Numbered from the stretch's first letter, positions 20,052 to 29,673 are shown. The stretch: 64,000 nucleotides of DNA from Candidatus Latescibacterota bacterium (GCA_965198115.1 OZ240241.1:2944001-3008000); one strand, 5' to 3'. Notes: a model not told the origin generated them from the sequence alone. Numbers and translations: made by a program.

Positions 20052-22013
20052 ATGCTTGTATCCTTGAACACCAAACGGACCGAACCCGTCCTCAATGGCA
20101 AATCGTTCGGAGAAGTCGGGGGCTACGAACAGCTCTATGGGAGCGCTCGGTTCGAGGTCGATCCGGCGCATCCGTTGAACCAGCCGATCGTCGACATCGG
20201 TCTCGCGCCGGTCAATGAGCGTGGGCAGGTCGAGTGTCGCGCCGACTTCTGGATTCTCAAGCCGATGGATCCTGCGCGTGGGAACGGGAACCTCTTTTAC
20301 CACGTCACGAATCGGGGTCGGAAAGGGATCCTGGCCGCCTTCAATCACGCCTCCGGTTCCAACACACCCTCGACGGCAGAAGAATTCGGCGACGGTTTCC
20401 TGATGGAGCAGGGTTACACGATCGCTGCGGTCGGATGGCAAGCCGACGTGCCGCCGGAGAGCGATGAGGACAGCGACTTCACCACGCTCGACGTGCCGAT
20501 CATCGAGGGCGTCACCGGGCCCGTTGCGTGTGAGATCATCGTCGACGAACCGACCGATCTCCACTCACTCGGGAGCCGGTATCACCATCCTTATGAACCC
20601 TCCGAGCCGCACACGGACGATGCCGTCCTGACCATACGGATTAAACCCTACGACACAGCAGAACCTGTCGAGCGCGATCGCTGGTCGTTCGACCGGCTGA
20701 CGGATGGCCGCGCTGCCATTCGCTATTCAGAGGGATTCGAGCCCGGTCTCATCTACAACCTCGTCTATACCGCGCGCGATCCCCGCGTAATGGGTCTCGG
20801 TTTCGCAACCACCCGTGACTTCGTGTCGTTTCTCAAGTACGAAGCGACGACCTCCGACGGCAGTACCAACCCGGCCGCCGATAGCATCGATCGCGCCTAC
20901 ACCTTCGGTTCTTCGCAGAGCGGGCGCTTTCTCAGACATTTACTCTGCCAGGGCTTCAACGAGGACGAATCGAACCACCAGGTCTTCGACGGAATCTTCG
21001 CGAATGTCGCGGGCGGTTCGCAGGGATCGTTCAACCACCGTTTCGCCCAGCCATCACGTCACGCGAGCGCCCATTTCGACGTCTACTATCCGACTGAACA
21101 GTTCCCGTTCAACGACCTTCCCCAAACGGATCCTGTCACCGGGAAGACGGCCGGCCTTCTCGACCGGTGTTCTGAAACGAACACGACGCCGAAGATCTTC
21201 TACACCAACACATCGACCGAATACTGGAACCGTTCTGCGTCCCTCAACCACACGGACATCACCGGGACGCAAGACGTCGATGTCCACGAGAACGTCCGCA
21301 TTTACCACTTTTCGAGCACCAAGCACGGACCCGGTGACCTTCCATCCGGCGACAACGCGATGCCGGCGAATCCGATCAACTTCCGATTCGCCTTCCGCGC
21401 CCTCCTCGTCGCGCTCGACGAGTGGGTAAGGAACGATCGTCCTCCGCCGCGGAGCGAGCACGGCACCATCGACACTGGCACACTCGTCCCTATTGACCAG
21501 AACGCTGTCGCGTGGCCTGAGCTGCCAGATCTGCCTTTTCCCGAACACCCAAGGCGTCCACGTCGTCTCGATCGGGGGTCGCGGTGGGCGGACGACCAGA
21601 TCATCGACAAAGAGCCGCCGGGATTGGGGGAGCCTTATCTCACTCGGGTCTCTCGCGTCGACGCGGACGGAAACGAAGTGGCGGGGATCAAGATGCCCGA
21701 GGTCGCGGTGCCGCTCGGCACATTCACAGGCTGGGAATACCGGTCAGAAACAAAGGGAGCCACGTGGGCGCTGGTCGGGTTGGCCGGAATCTTTCTGCCG
21801 TTCGCAAAGAACGCGGACTCAGCCGAGGCGGCCAACGATCCGCGCCCCCCAGTCGATGCGCGATACCGCGACCGCCAGGACTACGTCCGTCGATGCGTAA
21901 ACGCGGGCCACGGGCTTACGTATCTAAGGCTGATGCTCGAGCGGGACCTGGAGCGGGTGGCCGAGCGGGCGGGCGCGATGTACGATTGGGTGATTGACCG
22001 AGCAGGCGTGTAG
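20052..22013 (+). CDS. Alpha/beta hydrolase domain-containing protein
   Basis: Nucleophile-elbow-like GSSQSGRFLR, with VGWQAD, TEYWNRSASL and VDADGNEVAG. Confidence 0.8.
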   Translation: MLVSLNTKRTEPVLNGKSFGEVGGYEQLYGSARFEVDPAHPLNQPIVDIGLAPVNERGQVECRADFWILKPMDPARGNGNLFYHVTNRGRKGILAAFNHASGSNTPSTAEEFGDGFLMEQGYTIAAVGWQADVPPESDEDSDFTTLDVPIIEGVTGPVACEIIVDEPTDLHSLGSRYHHPYEPSEPHTDDAVLTIRIKPYDTAEPVERDRWSFDRLTDGRAAIRYSEGFEPGLIYNLVYTARDPRVMGLGFATTRDFVSFLKYEATTSDGSTNPAADSIDRAYTFGSSQSGRFLRHLLCQGFNEDESNHQVFDGIFANVAGGSQGSFNHRFAQPSRHASAHFDVYYPTEQFPFNDLPQTDPVTGKTAGLLDRCSETNTTPKIFYTNTSTEYWNRSASLNHTDITGTQDVDVHENVRIYHFSSTKHGPGDLPSGDNAMPANPINFRFAFRALLVALDEWVRNDRPPPRSEHGTIDTGTLVPIDQNAVAWPELPDLPFPEHPRRPRRLDRGSRWADDQIIDKEPPGLGEPYLTRVSRVDADGNEVAGIKMPEVAVPLGTFTGWEYRSETKGATWALVGLAGIFLPFAKNADSAEAANDPRPPVDARYRDRQDYVRRCVNAGHGLTYLRLMLERDLERVAERAGAMYDWVIDRAGV

Positions 22014-22121
22014 GAGAGCAGGCGTGGCGATGGTGCGCCCATTGCGTAGGACCGACTCTCCGAGTCGGGAATGACCTGTAGCGTGAAACTGATTACGTTT
22101 GAGTATGAGGGCGCATCATGA

Positions 22122-22277
22122 GCACGCCGCCCCAATCTCGAACCTCGACGGGTCAACGTCGATTTTCCATCGTGGATGATCGATTCGTTGGACCGTGAAG
22201 CAAAGCGGATGGGGGTCACCCGCCAGTCTGTCATTAAGGTCTGGATTGCGGAGCGGCTCGAGCAGTCGGGAGCGTAA
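22122..22277 (+). pseudogene. Orphan CopG/BrnA-like RHH antitoxin remnant (C-terminal part)
   Basis: Hand translation gives ARRPNLEPRRVNVDFPSWMIDSLDREAKRMGVTRQSVIKVWIAERLEQSGA*. An in-frame TGA lies at 22119, and no toxin gene is adjacent. Confidence 0.7.
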
Positions 22278-22281
22278 CCAT

Positions 22282-23355
22282 ATGCGAATCGAAAAGATCG
22301 AAACCACCGTCATCACCCATCCCTGGGGCCCACCCGAGAATGGGGTAACCCGCGTGTGGCCCATCCACCGTGTGTACGCGAACAACGGAATGTATGGCAT
22401 CAGCCGCGGCGGGAATCCGGATCTCATCGCGCAGGAGTTCGAGGCGATGCTCGTCGGGGAAGACCCACGTCGGATCGCGCATCTGTGGAACCGGATGTAC
22501 GAGTCGGCCTGGCGTTTCCGGGGACCTGGCCGCAATGCGATGACCACGATCGGCGCATTGGACATCGCACTGTGGGATCTCTATGGGAAGATCTGCGGGG
22601 AACCGGTGTGGCGGTTGTTGGGCGGCATCCACGATCGCGTGCCCGTCTATGCGGATGGCATCGGCTACAACGTCTCGATGTCGCCCGAAGAGGTCGCAGA
22701 GCTCGTCGGGAAGCACATCGATCTCGGTTTCGGCGCCGTGAAATTTCATCTGACGGATCCCGATCCGGACGTCGCTCTGGAGAAGGTGCGATTGTCCAGA
22801 GAAATAATGGGAACCGACAAGCGGCTGATGATAGACATCCACAAAATGTGGGACGGTCACCTCGCAGCCGAGATGGCAAGGAAGTTCGCACCGTACGATC
22901 TGTTCTGGATTGAAGAGCCCGTTCGGATGGACGATGAAGCCGGCGGCTTGCGGATGGTCAGGGAAGCGACGGATGCATTGGTCGCCGGTGGCGAAGGGGA
23001 AGGCACACTATACGGCGTTCGTCATCTACTGATCGAGGGTGGGTTGCAGGTCGTGCAATCCGATATCGTGATCGCCGGTGGGTATACGAACCTCTTACGA
23101 ATGGCTGCTCTGGCCGAAGCCCATCACGCCCACATCGCGCCTCACGGTGCTTCCTACCCGGAACTGATCTGTCATCTGCTGGCGGGCGTACCCAACAGTC
23201 TGATGGTTCCCGCCTGCCCGCACACTGAGCCCTACCAGATCTGGGCGAAGCTCTACGATCCCCCGTTCGAGACGACGGGCGAGGTCGTGATGTCGGAGAA
23301 GCCTGGATTGGGACTGGAATTCGACGAGCGCTTTGTGAAGGAATTCGGAAGCTGA
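22282..23355 (+). CDS. Mandelate racemase/muconate lactonizing enzyme family protein
   Basis: MRIEKIET, ALDIALWDLYGK, LMIDIH, WIEEP, AGGE and KPGLGLE. Confidence 0.9.
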   Translation: MRIEKIETTVITHPWGPPENGVTRVWPIHRVYANNGMYGISRGGNPDLIAQEFEAMLVGEDPRRIAHLWNRMYESAWRFRGPGRNAMTTIGALDIALWDLYGKICGEPVWRLLGGIHDRVPVYADGIGYNVSMSPEEVAELVGKHIDLGFGAVKFHLTDPDPDVALEKVRLSREIMGTDKRLMIDIHKMWDGHLAAEMARKFAPYDLFWIEEPVRMDDEAGGLRMVREATDALVAGGEGEGTLYGVRHLLIEGGLQVVQSDIVIAGGYTNLLRMAALAEAHHAHIAPHGASYPELICHLLAGVPNSLMVPACPHTEPYQIWAKLYDPPFETTGEVVMSEKPGLGLEFDERFVKEFGS

Positions 23356-23360
23356 AGAGC

Positions 23361-23681
23361 GAACGCCCAATGTCCAACACCCAACTCCGAATGTCGAAGC
23401 TTTGGACATTCGGAGTTGGGCATTCGGTCAACTCAGGCGAAGCGTACGGGTCAGGTTCTGCAACGGGGTAGCCACATAGACGAATCTACAAGGCGAAGCC
23501 CCAACTCATTTCCGAGCTGGGGCTTTTTGGGGCTTCACCTCCCGACTACAGTCCGTTTCTCCTCAGCCCTGCACACTTCGAAATCCGAGCGTCATCAGAA
23601 AAAGCAACGCCCAGTGTCCAAAATCCAACACCGATCGAAGGCCCATTGGACATTCGGTCGGGCGTTCAGTGTTCGACAATC
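23361..23681. repeat. Two hairpins built from degenerate 7-mer tandem units (23361-23426, 23605-23681)
   Basis: Units gaacgcc/caatgtc/caacacc/caactcc/gaatgtc, then inverted gacattc/ggagttg/ggcattc. The first hairpin has a 16-bp perfect stem. Confidence 0.75.
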
Positions 23682-23693
23682 TGGTTTTTACTT

Positions 23694-24590
23694 CTACCCC
23701 TCTGCGGGCAGCATCATCCTGAACTTCGTTCCAACACCGTATTTGGTCGAAACGAGAATGTTTCCACTCCAGTTGCCCACGATTGTCTTGACGATGTGTA
23801 GACCGAGGCCCGTTCCACTATCGCCGCTCTTGGTCGTGAAGAAAGACTCGAACAGCCGTGACAGATTGTGCGGCTGAATGCCCACGCCGTTGTCCTCGAC
23901 CTCGATGTAGGCGAACTCTCCTCTCATCTCGTGTCTGCCCATCTCGAGGCCAAGACCCCAATCCTGCCCGAATGCCTCGGCTTGCTCGACAGCCCGAACC
24001 ACCGAACCGCTTCCGGTCGAGATGACCAGACGTCCGGCGTTCCTTTCCACAGCGTCGATGGCGTTCAAGACGAGATTCATCACGACCTGTTCGATCTGCC
24101 CCGCAACAGCGATGACAGACGGAAGGTTCGATCCCAGGTTGATCCGCATCTCGACGTTCCTCAAGACGGGAACGATCAAGTCGTGAAGTTCCTGAACGAC
24201 ACTGTTGAGGTCCAGGTAGCCGGAGCTCTCGGTCTGAACACTCGAATAGCGCAGTACGTTCTGGGAGATGACGCACATCTCCTCGGCGAGCTTCTTCATA
24301 ATCTTGGTCCGACGATTGTCGGGAGATTCTGCCAACTCCATATCCAGGTAGCCCGAAATGACGGTCAGTGGATTCTTGATTTCGTGAAGCACGGCTGCTG
24401 TCATCTCCCCGAGTGAGGCAAGACGTTCCGACCGAATGAGCCGCTGTTTCGTCTGCCACAGTTCCAGCTCCGTGCTGGTGTAATTCTTCCCGACACCTTC
24501 CCGGCCCTCATTGTCCTGCAATGGGTCCGTGAAGACTCCAGCAGATGAAGGTGTCTCAACGCGATCGATCGTGATCTGTTGATGTCTCAT
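23694..24590 (-). CDS. Cytoplasmic histidine kinase (NtrB-like) without sensor domain
   Basis: SERLASLGEMTAAVLHEIKNPL, QVVMNLVLNAIDA, VEDNGVGI, FFTTK and GTGLGL. GGAGG precedes the ATG at 24590. Confidence 0.9.
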   Translation of the reverse strand: MRHQQITIDRVETPSSAGVFTDPLQDNEGREGVGKNYTSTELELWQTKQRLIRSERLASLGEMTAAVLHEIKNPLTVISGYLDMELAESPDNRRTKIMKKLAEEMCVISQNVLRYSSVQTESSGYLDLNSVVQELHDLIVPVLRNVEMRINLGSNLPSVIAVAGQIEQVVMNLVLNAIDAVERNAGRLVISTGSGSVVRAVEQAEAFGQDWGLGLEMGRHEMRGEFAYIEVEDNGVGIQPHNLSRLFESFFTTKSGDSGTGLGLHIVKTIVGNWSGNILVSTKYGVGTKFRMMLPAEG

Positions 24591-24641
24591 TCTGATAGCC
24601 TCCGATTGGTGTCTTCCGTCAGATTCGGTTTCCAAAGTCCA

Positions 24642-24659
24642 TTGCAAGGATGATACCAA
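24642..24659 (-). promoter_or_regulatory. Sigma54 -24/-12 promoter
   Basis: TTGGTATCATCCTTGCAA (GG-N10-GC). An AT-rich tract at 24666-24708 and repeated GGGTGAA-type boxes at 24741-24804 lie upstream. Confidence 0.65.
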
Positions 24660-24857
24660 TCGAGGCAATAATAATATAAATTATTGTTTTAAATGAATTT
24701 ATAACTAAGTAGGATCGGCGAGCAGTGCGTCCGAGGGCCTGGTGAAAACACCCACCTGGGGTATTTCACCCACGACAGGGACAGTGAAGGTGGGTGAATA
24801 GCCCAGCGGTCCAGATGAACGGTAAACGGAATCTAATGCGGGAGCTACGGCAGGAAC

Positions 24858-25493
24858 CTACTCGCCATCATCCGGCTCGTAGATGGAGAAGTGAGAAACC
24901 CAAATCTGTACGACGATCAGCCTACCGAAGCGGTAGACGCTGTGGGGCTGCTCGACCGTCGTGCCGTCGGAGAGCCTGAGATAGCCTCCGAGACTGTTGG
25001 GATCGATGTCGTCGCCCAGGAGGGCGAACGACAGGCTGGCTGGCCTGATGAACCGTAAACCGGCAGGCTGGAAGTGAGCCTGAACACCGACACCTGTGCC
25101 AACGACGGTCATCTCGATCGTCGTGTCCTCGTCCAACGCCCTTCTCGGTACCCTGAAGTTCACGAACGTCTCGGAGCCGCTCGTGGCGAATAGGGAACCG
25201 CCCCGGGTGGCCACGATGTGTCTGCTCGCGACAATCGGTGTCGCCAGCCGTGTCACCGGCGAAATGAGTGAAAGCGTCACTACCCCATCGCCGGGGATGC
25301 TGATGGGATTCTGCGGGGCTTCTGGGAGCTGCGCGAACGCCTCGACCGGATTCTCCGTCGTGAGTTCGAAGCGACGGCTATCGAGCGCCGAATCGCGCTC
25401 CACACAGGCCGATAGCACAAGAACGAGGCAGGGGGCCAGAAGCAGCCCACCCAGCCCTTTTTCCACTGCTCTGGACACCGAATTGTGATTCAT
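24858..25493 (-). CDS. Putative lipoprotein with ZU5-like domain
   Basis: Lipobox VLSAC, with VPRRALDEDTTIEM, FQPAGLRFIRPASLSF and C-terminal VSHFS. Confidence 0.6.
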   Translation of the reverse strand: MNHNSVSRAVEKGLGGLLLAPCLVLVLSACVERDSALDSRRFELTTENPVEAFAQLPEAPQNPISIPGDGVVTLSLISPVTRLATPIVASRHIVATRGGSLFATSGSETFVNFRVPRRALDEDTTIEMTVVGTGVGVQAHFQPAGLRFIRPASLSFALLGDDIDPNSLGGYLRLSDGTTVEQPHSVYRFGRLIVVQIWVSHFSIYEPDDGE

Positions 25494-25606
25494 CGGGACA
25501 GTCTCCTACCCAGTCGATCTGTGGGTCTACGGCCACACAGCCGATTCGCAGTCCCTCTCGACGAATGGTCCTAAAAACATAGGACCAGGATATCGTTTTT
25601 CACAAA

Positions 25607-25623
25607 TGCAGGATTCGTGCCAG
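25607..25623 (-). promoter_or_regulatory. Sigma54 -24/-12 promoter
   Basis: CTGGCACGAATCCTGCA is near consensus and lies ~115 bp upstream of the lipoprotein ATG. Confidence 0.7.
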
Positions 25624-25933
25624 AAGGAAAAACTCCCATTTCAGGCGGATTTCCTGTTTTGATAGCCCTTAGATGGTGGTGGAACCCAGCCACATACCTC
25701 ACAAAGTCGCTTCGTCGCCCCGCATTTCTGACTTTTTTGGCGCTCAGTTGGGATTCGGCCGTCCTCATCGCTCCTCGGCTATGCTTGGCGCACTGAACGC
25801 TCTACCTTTGGCTGGTGTTCGCAGATTCATTACCCTTCTCTGGCTGCTCTCGCCTGGCAGTGGCAGCGAGTGTGTACCACTTACGAAGGGTGGGTCAAAG
25901 TGAAGTCTATCGAGCCCTGATTCGGAGGATGGA

Positions 25934-26773
25934 ATGGCAAAACGCAGCTGGACCTGGACGACAACGGCTTTCACGTTCGAGGGGGAATCCGCTCAAGAAA
26001 TCGCGGACCTGTGTTGCGCCGCAGGGCTCTCCGGCATAGAAGGAGGGATGCCCCTCGTCGAAGGATTGAGCGACGGAGAAATCGGCGCGTTTCGCGAGAC
26101 GATCGAGGCCGCGGGATTACGTATCGCGACCTTCCACATTCCGTTTCCGCCGGAAGACGACATCGCCTCGTTCTACGAAACAGCGCGAAAGGGGGCTGTG
26201 GAACGGATCCGTCACGCCATAGAAGTCGGCGCGCGTCTCGGCGCGACAATCGGCATCCAGCATCCTTCGACCACGCGCTACGACGTCAACATCGAAGGGC
26301 TCGATCGATACCTCGGACAGATCAGCAGAAGTCTGGATGCGTTGCTCCCGGTTGCGGAGGCGCTCGACTTCACCATCGCCATCGAGAATATGCATCCGTC
26401 GCCTCGCTTTGGATCGCTTCCCGATCACTTTCTGAAGCTCCGCGAAGCCTACAACCACGGCAACGTCGGCTTCTGTCTCGACACCGGACACGCGCTCATT
26501 TCTATGGGCGACAGCGCAGCTGAGATCCAGGACGCGATGGGTGACCGGCTCGTCGCCTTCCACCTCGCCGACAACGCCGGCGATCGTGACTCACATCTCG
26601 CGCCCGGCCACGGACGTGTCGACTGGTCCACCGTCTTCCGCAACGCCTCAGATGCTGGCTTCTCAGGAACGATGTGCATCGAGACGCCTCCCTTCGCAGC
26701 CGGCCCAGGCTATACACCCGAAGCGTGGAAGCAGATGGTCGACGATTGCGAGGCACTCGTGGCTTCCGCGTAA
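25934..26773 (+). CDS. Sugar phosphate isomerase/epimerase (xylose isomerase-like TIM barrel)
   Basis: IAIENM, CLDTGHA, FHLADN, HLAPGHG and CIE. Confidence 0.85.
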   Translation: MAKRSWTWTTTAFTFEGESAQEIADLCCAAGLSGIEGGMPLVEGLSDGEIGAFRETIEAAGLRIATFHIPFPPEDDIASFYETARKGAVERIRHAIEVGARLGATIGIQHPSTTRYDVNIEGLDRYLGQISRSLDALLPVAEALDFTIAIENMHPSPRFGSLPDHFLKLREAYNHGNVGFCLDTGHALISMGDSAAEIQDAMGDRLVAFHLADNAGDRDSHLAPGHGRVDWSTVFRNASDAGFSGTMCIETPPFAAGPGYTPEAWKQMVDDCEALVASA

Positions 26774-26931
26774 CGACGCACCCGTCGGTACTTCCAGAAC
26801 CGTCCCAATTCGATGATGCAGGCCAACGATCGAGGCTTCAGCCAGTGGGCTCGACGGAAGATCTATTAGCCAGCACCCAGGCGGATCCTGGTCCTACAGC
26901 AATGGTCGCTGATGCGCTTACGCGAGAAGGT

Positions 26932-28356
26932 CTACTCGTCCTCGATCGTCGCATAGACTAATGGCTTCACCATCTCACTCAGCCGAGAAAACGGTAGATG
27001 CTGGGTCAGCACGATCGCGATCAGCTCATCCCGCGGCGAAATCCAGAACTCCGTGCTGGCACCACCGATCCAGCCGAATTCGCCAACCTGCGAGGCTAGC
27101 ACCCAGTCGGTCTGGTAGGCACGCACTGACACGCCAAGGCCGAAACTGAGCCCGTCGTACCGCTCCTTCGGCGTCTTGTCGAGCGGGACCAGGAATTCCG
27201 GCAGCTGGTTGCGAGTCATCTCTTCGACGGACTTCGGATCGAGCAACCGTCTTCCTTCCAGAGTGCCTCTGCCAGTCAGCATCAGACAGAACCGCACGAA
27301 ATCGGCCGCCGTCGAAACGAGTCCTCCCCCGGCCGATAAAAACTTCGGTCGCTCCAGAAAAGCGGTCTCGGATACGTTCCCCGTTCCTCCCTGCGGTGCG
27401 TCGACGACCTGAAGTCCGCCATCGGGATCTGGACCGTACATCTGGGCTAATCGATCGATCTTCTCCAGCGGTACGAAGAAGTCCGTATCCACCATACCCA
27501 GCGGCTGGAAGATCCGCTCACTGAGAAACTCGTCGAACAACCTACCCGAAACAATCTCGATCAGCCTGCCCAGGACATCGGCCGCGATGCTGTAATGCCA
27601 CTTCGTCCCAGGCTGGTAGAGCAGAGGGATCGTGCCGAGTCGCTCGATCATCTCCTGCAGATCACATTCGTGCAGCCGGTCGAGTCCAGCGGATCGGTAA
27701 GCCTCACCAAGCGCCGTCTGTCGAGCCATATAGATGTTGGCTCCGGGCAGACCCGATGTGTGGCGCATCAGATCGCGGACGGTCATTTCCCGCTCGGCAT
27801 CGACCAGCGTGACCTCATCGGCATCAGGATCTTTAGCCACTTTCATCCCACCCAATTCGGGCAGGTAGTCCGCCGCGGGATCATCGAGCTTCAGCTTCCC
27901 TTCCTCGCACAGCATCATCACCCCGACCGCCGCCATCGGCTTCGTCATCGAATAGATCCGGAAGAGCGTGTCTGGCAGCATTGGCTTCCCGGCCTCCAGA
28001 TCCAGCCAGCCACACGCCTTTAGATGGGCGCCCTTGCCACGACGCGCCACAATCGTGACCGCACCCGCGAGCTCCTCGTCGTCGATAAACATCTGCGCGG
28101 TCGTCGAGATGCGCTCGAGGCTTTCCGGCGACAGACCCACATCGACCGGAGACGCGGTCAGTTGAGAAAGCGATTCGGGCAGGGCAGAACCTGTTTCGGT
28201 TTTCGACTCTTTGGCCAACACGAACGAAATGCGGACGCGCGCTTGTGTTCCTCTCGTCGGCCGAAAGTAAATGAACCCCATCCGAACGTCAACGAAACGG
28301 CCCCTCCTATCGGCGTGGACAGACCAGCAGAATGCGAAAAGTGGCCCCGGGGCCAC
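26932..28356 (-). CDS. Serine hydrolase, beta-lactamase class C-like family (start uncertain)
   Basis: FRIYSMTK (SxxK), LMRHTSG, QPGTKWHYS, GGGLVST and FGWIG. Confidence 0.85.
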   Translation of the reverse strand: MAPGPLFAFCWSVHADRRGRFVDVRMGFIYFRPTRGTQARVRISFVLAKESKTETGSALPESLSQLTASPVDVGLSPESLERISTTAQMFIDDEELAGAVTIVARRGKGAHLKACGWLDLEAGKPMLPDTLFRIYSMTKPMAAVGVMMLCEEGKLKLDDPAADYLPELGGMKVAKDPDADEVTLVDAEREMTVRDLMRHTSGLPGANIYMARQTALGEAYRSAGLDRLHECDLQEMIERLGTIPLLYQPGTKWHYSIAADVLGRLIEIVSGRLFDEFLSERIFQPLGMVDTDFFVPLEKIDRLAQMYGPDPDGGLQVVDAPQGGTGNVSETAFLERPKFLSAGGGLVSTAADFVRFCLMLTGRGTLEGRRLLDPKSVEEMTRNQLPEFLVPLDKTPKERYDGLSFGLGVSVRAYQTDWVLASQVGEFGWIGGASTEFWISPRDELIAIVLTQHLPFSRLSEMVKPLVYATIEDE

Positions 28357-28360
28357 TTTT
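28337..28360. repeat. Perfect 24-bp palindrome
   Basis: AAAAGTGGCCCC|GGGGCCACTTTT. Confidence 0.8.
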
Positions 28361-28378
28361 AAGAGCGCAAAACCGAAT

Positions 28379-28442
28379 AAAGAAAACGGGGCCGCAAAAG
28401 CGACCCCGTGGCTGTACCGGCAAACACAGTTTTAGTTACGCC
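28379..28442 (-). ncRNA. Candidate sigma54-dependent small RNA (~64 nt) ending in an intrinsic terminator
   Basis: Lies between a sigma54 motif and the hairpin ACGGGGTCGC-TTTT-GCGGCCCCGT-TTTCTTT, with no real ORF. Confidence 0.5.
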
Positions 28443-28452
28443 ATATCTAAAT

Positions 28453-28469
28453 TGCATGTGCCGTGCCAA
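28453..28469 (-). promoter_or_regulatory. Sigma54 -24/-12 promoter
   Basis: TTGGCACGGCACATGCA (GG-N10-GC), with an AT-rich tract at 28491-28513 upstream. Confidence 0.7.
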
Positions 28470-28711
28470 CCGTTGGAAATAAACGTAGAGTATTGAAAAT
28501 ATTATATTTAAAACCAAATCACGTATCGCGAGATCTCTCACGAAACCGTGAGGGTTGACCACAGTCGTGAAATGTCGGCACTCGTTGTGACCCCACGCAC
28601 AATCAGCATTCTGCGAAAGGGGCGAGCCGACTTTCCGTCTACTGTTTTCTCCCCCTCAGCCCGTCAGGACAACCACATCACCAAGCTCTGTCATCCCCGC
28701 TCACTCCGCCC

Positions 28712-29446
28712 TCACCATAACGGTACCTCCCCCGGTCCCCACAGGTTCTTCAATCCAATGGCGTAGACCGACGACGATCGCGTCGACTGCCCCCATAGCG
28801 CACACTGGTTCATCCGCAGCCAACCGTGAGAGCTCACCTTCATCGAATCTCCCGTCGACAGGTCCGTGACTTCGTATCGAGCCACCTCCTCGACGGGACG
28901 TCCCGAGAGGCAGCTGTCCATATGCTGAACCAGCTCCATATACTGCGGCATCACATCGGTCACATCGACGAAGTAGTTGGGCTCGAACGTGATCTGCTGG
29001 CCCGGTGTCAGATTATAGGCAAACACACGGGGGCAGCGTTGGGTCGACAGGTCTGTCGATAGCCCGTGAGAGAAGAGCACTGCATCTTTCATCCCGATCC
29101 CGCAGGCCACGTGGTCGGGCCAATGATCCGACGTGTCGTGTACGAACGTGATATCCGGTTTCACCTCGACGTAGATCTCCGCGATTTGCTTCTTGAATGT
29201 CACATCCGGCTCGACCTGATGATACTTGTAGTTCAGAAACCGCTTTTCGTAGCCGAACTGCTCTGCCACGTCGAGCTGCTGTTGTTTGCACGCTTCTTCT
29301 CGACCGACCGTACTTGCCCACGACGTGTAGTCCCCCGTCGCCACCACGCACACCACACGGTGGCCGTCTCGAACGGCCTGAATCAGGATCCCTCCCATCC
29401 CGTATTCCGAGTCGTCCATATGCGCTCCAACCGACAGGATCGTCAT
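28712..29446 (-). CDS. PIG-L/LmbE family deacetylase
   Basis: ILSVGAHMDDSEYGMGG, HWPDH and PNYFVDVT. AGGAGG RBS. Confidence 0.85.
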   Translation of the reverse strand: MTILSVGAHMDDSEYGMGGILIQAVRDGHRVVCVVATGDYTSWASTVGREEACKQQQLDVAEQFGYEKRFLNYKYHQVEPDVTFKKQIAEIYVEVKPDITFVHDTSDHWPDHVACGIGMKDAVLFSHGLSTDLSTQRCPRVFAYNLTPGQQITFEPNYFVDVTDVMPQYMELVQHMDSCLSGRPVEEVARYEVTDLSTGDSMKVSSHGWLRMNQCALWGQSTRSSSVYAIGLKNLWGPGEVPLW

Positions 29447-29531
29447 CGTCCTCCTCCTTCGTGTCATATCCTGCGAAGCATTGCCACTGCCGTCACAGTT
29501 TACTACTTTGCACGCGGCTGACAACCAAACC

Positions 29532-29640
29532 AACACGAAGACGCCAAGACGCGAAGAAAAGCAGTGTAGCTGCTGACTATGTGAGATCAGCCATTGAAAT
29601 TCAAGCCTCAGCCTCCTTCGAGGCTTCGCAACTTCGTGTT
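29532..29640. repeat. Hairpin element with 8-mer periodic arms, copy 1
   Basis: AACACGAAG-ACGCCAAG-ACGCGAAG ... CTTCGAGG-CTTCGCAA-CTTCGTGTT. Confidence 0.75.
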
Positions 29641-29673
29641 CCTGCCTTTTCAATGGGGCCTGCGCGAGAGCGA

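Noticed and set aside
22119-22121. In-frame TGA as selenocysteine or readthrough
   Set aside because: The position is not a Cys-equivalent in an RHH protein and no SECIS-like context is evident.
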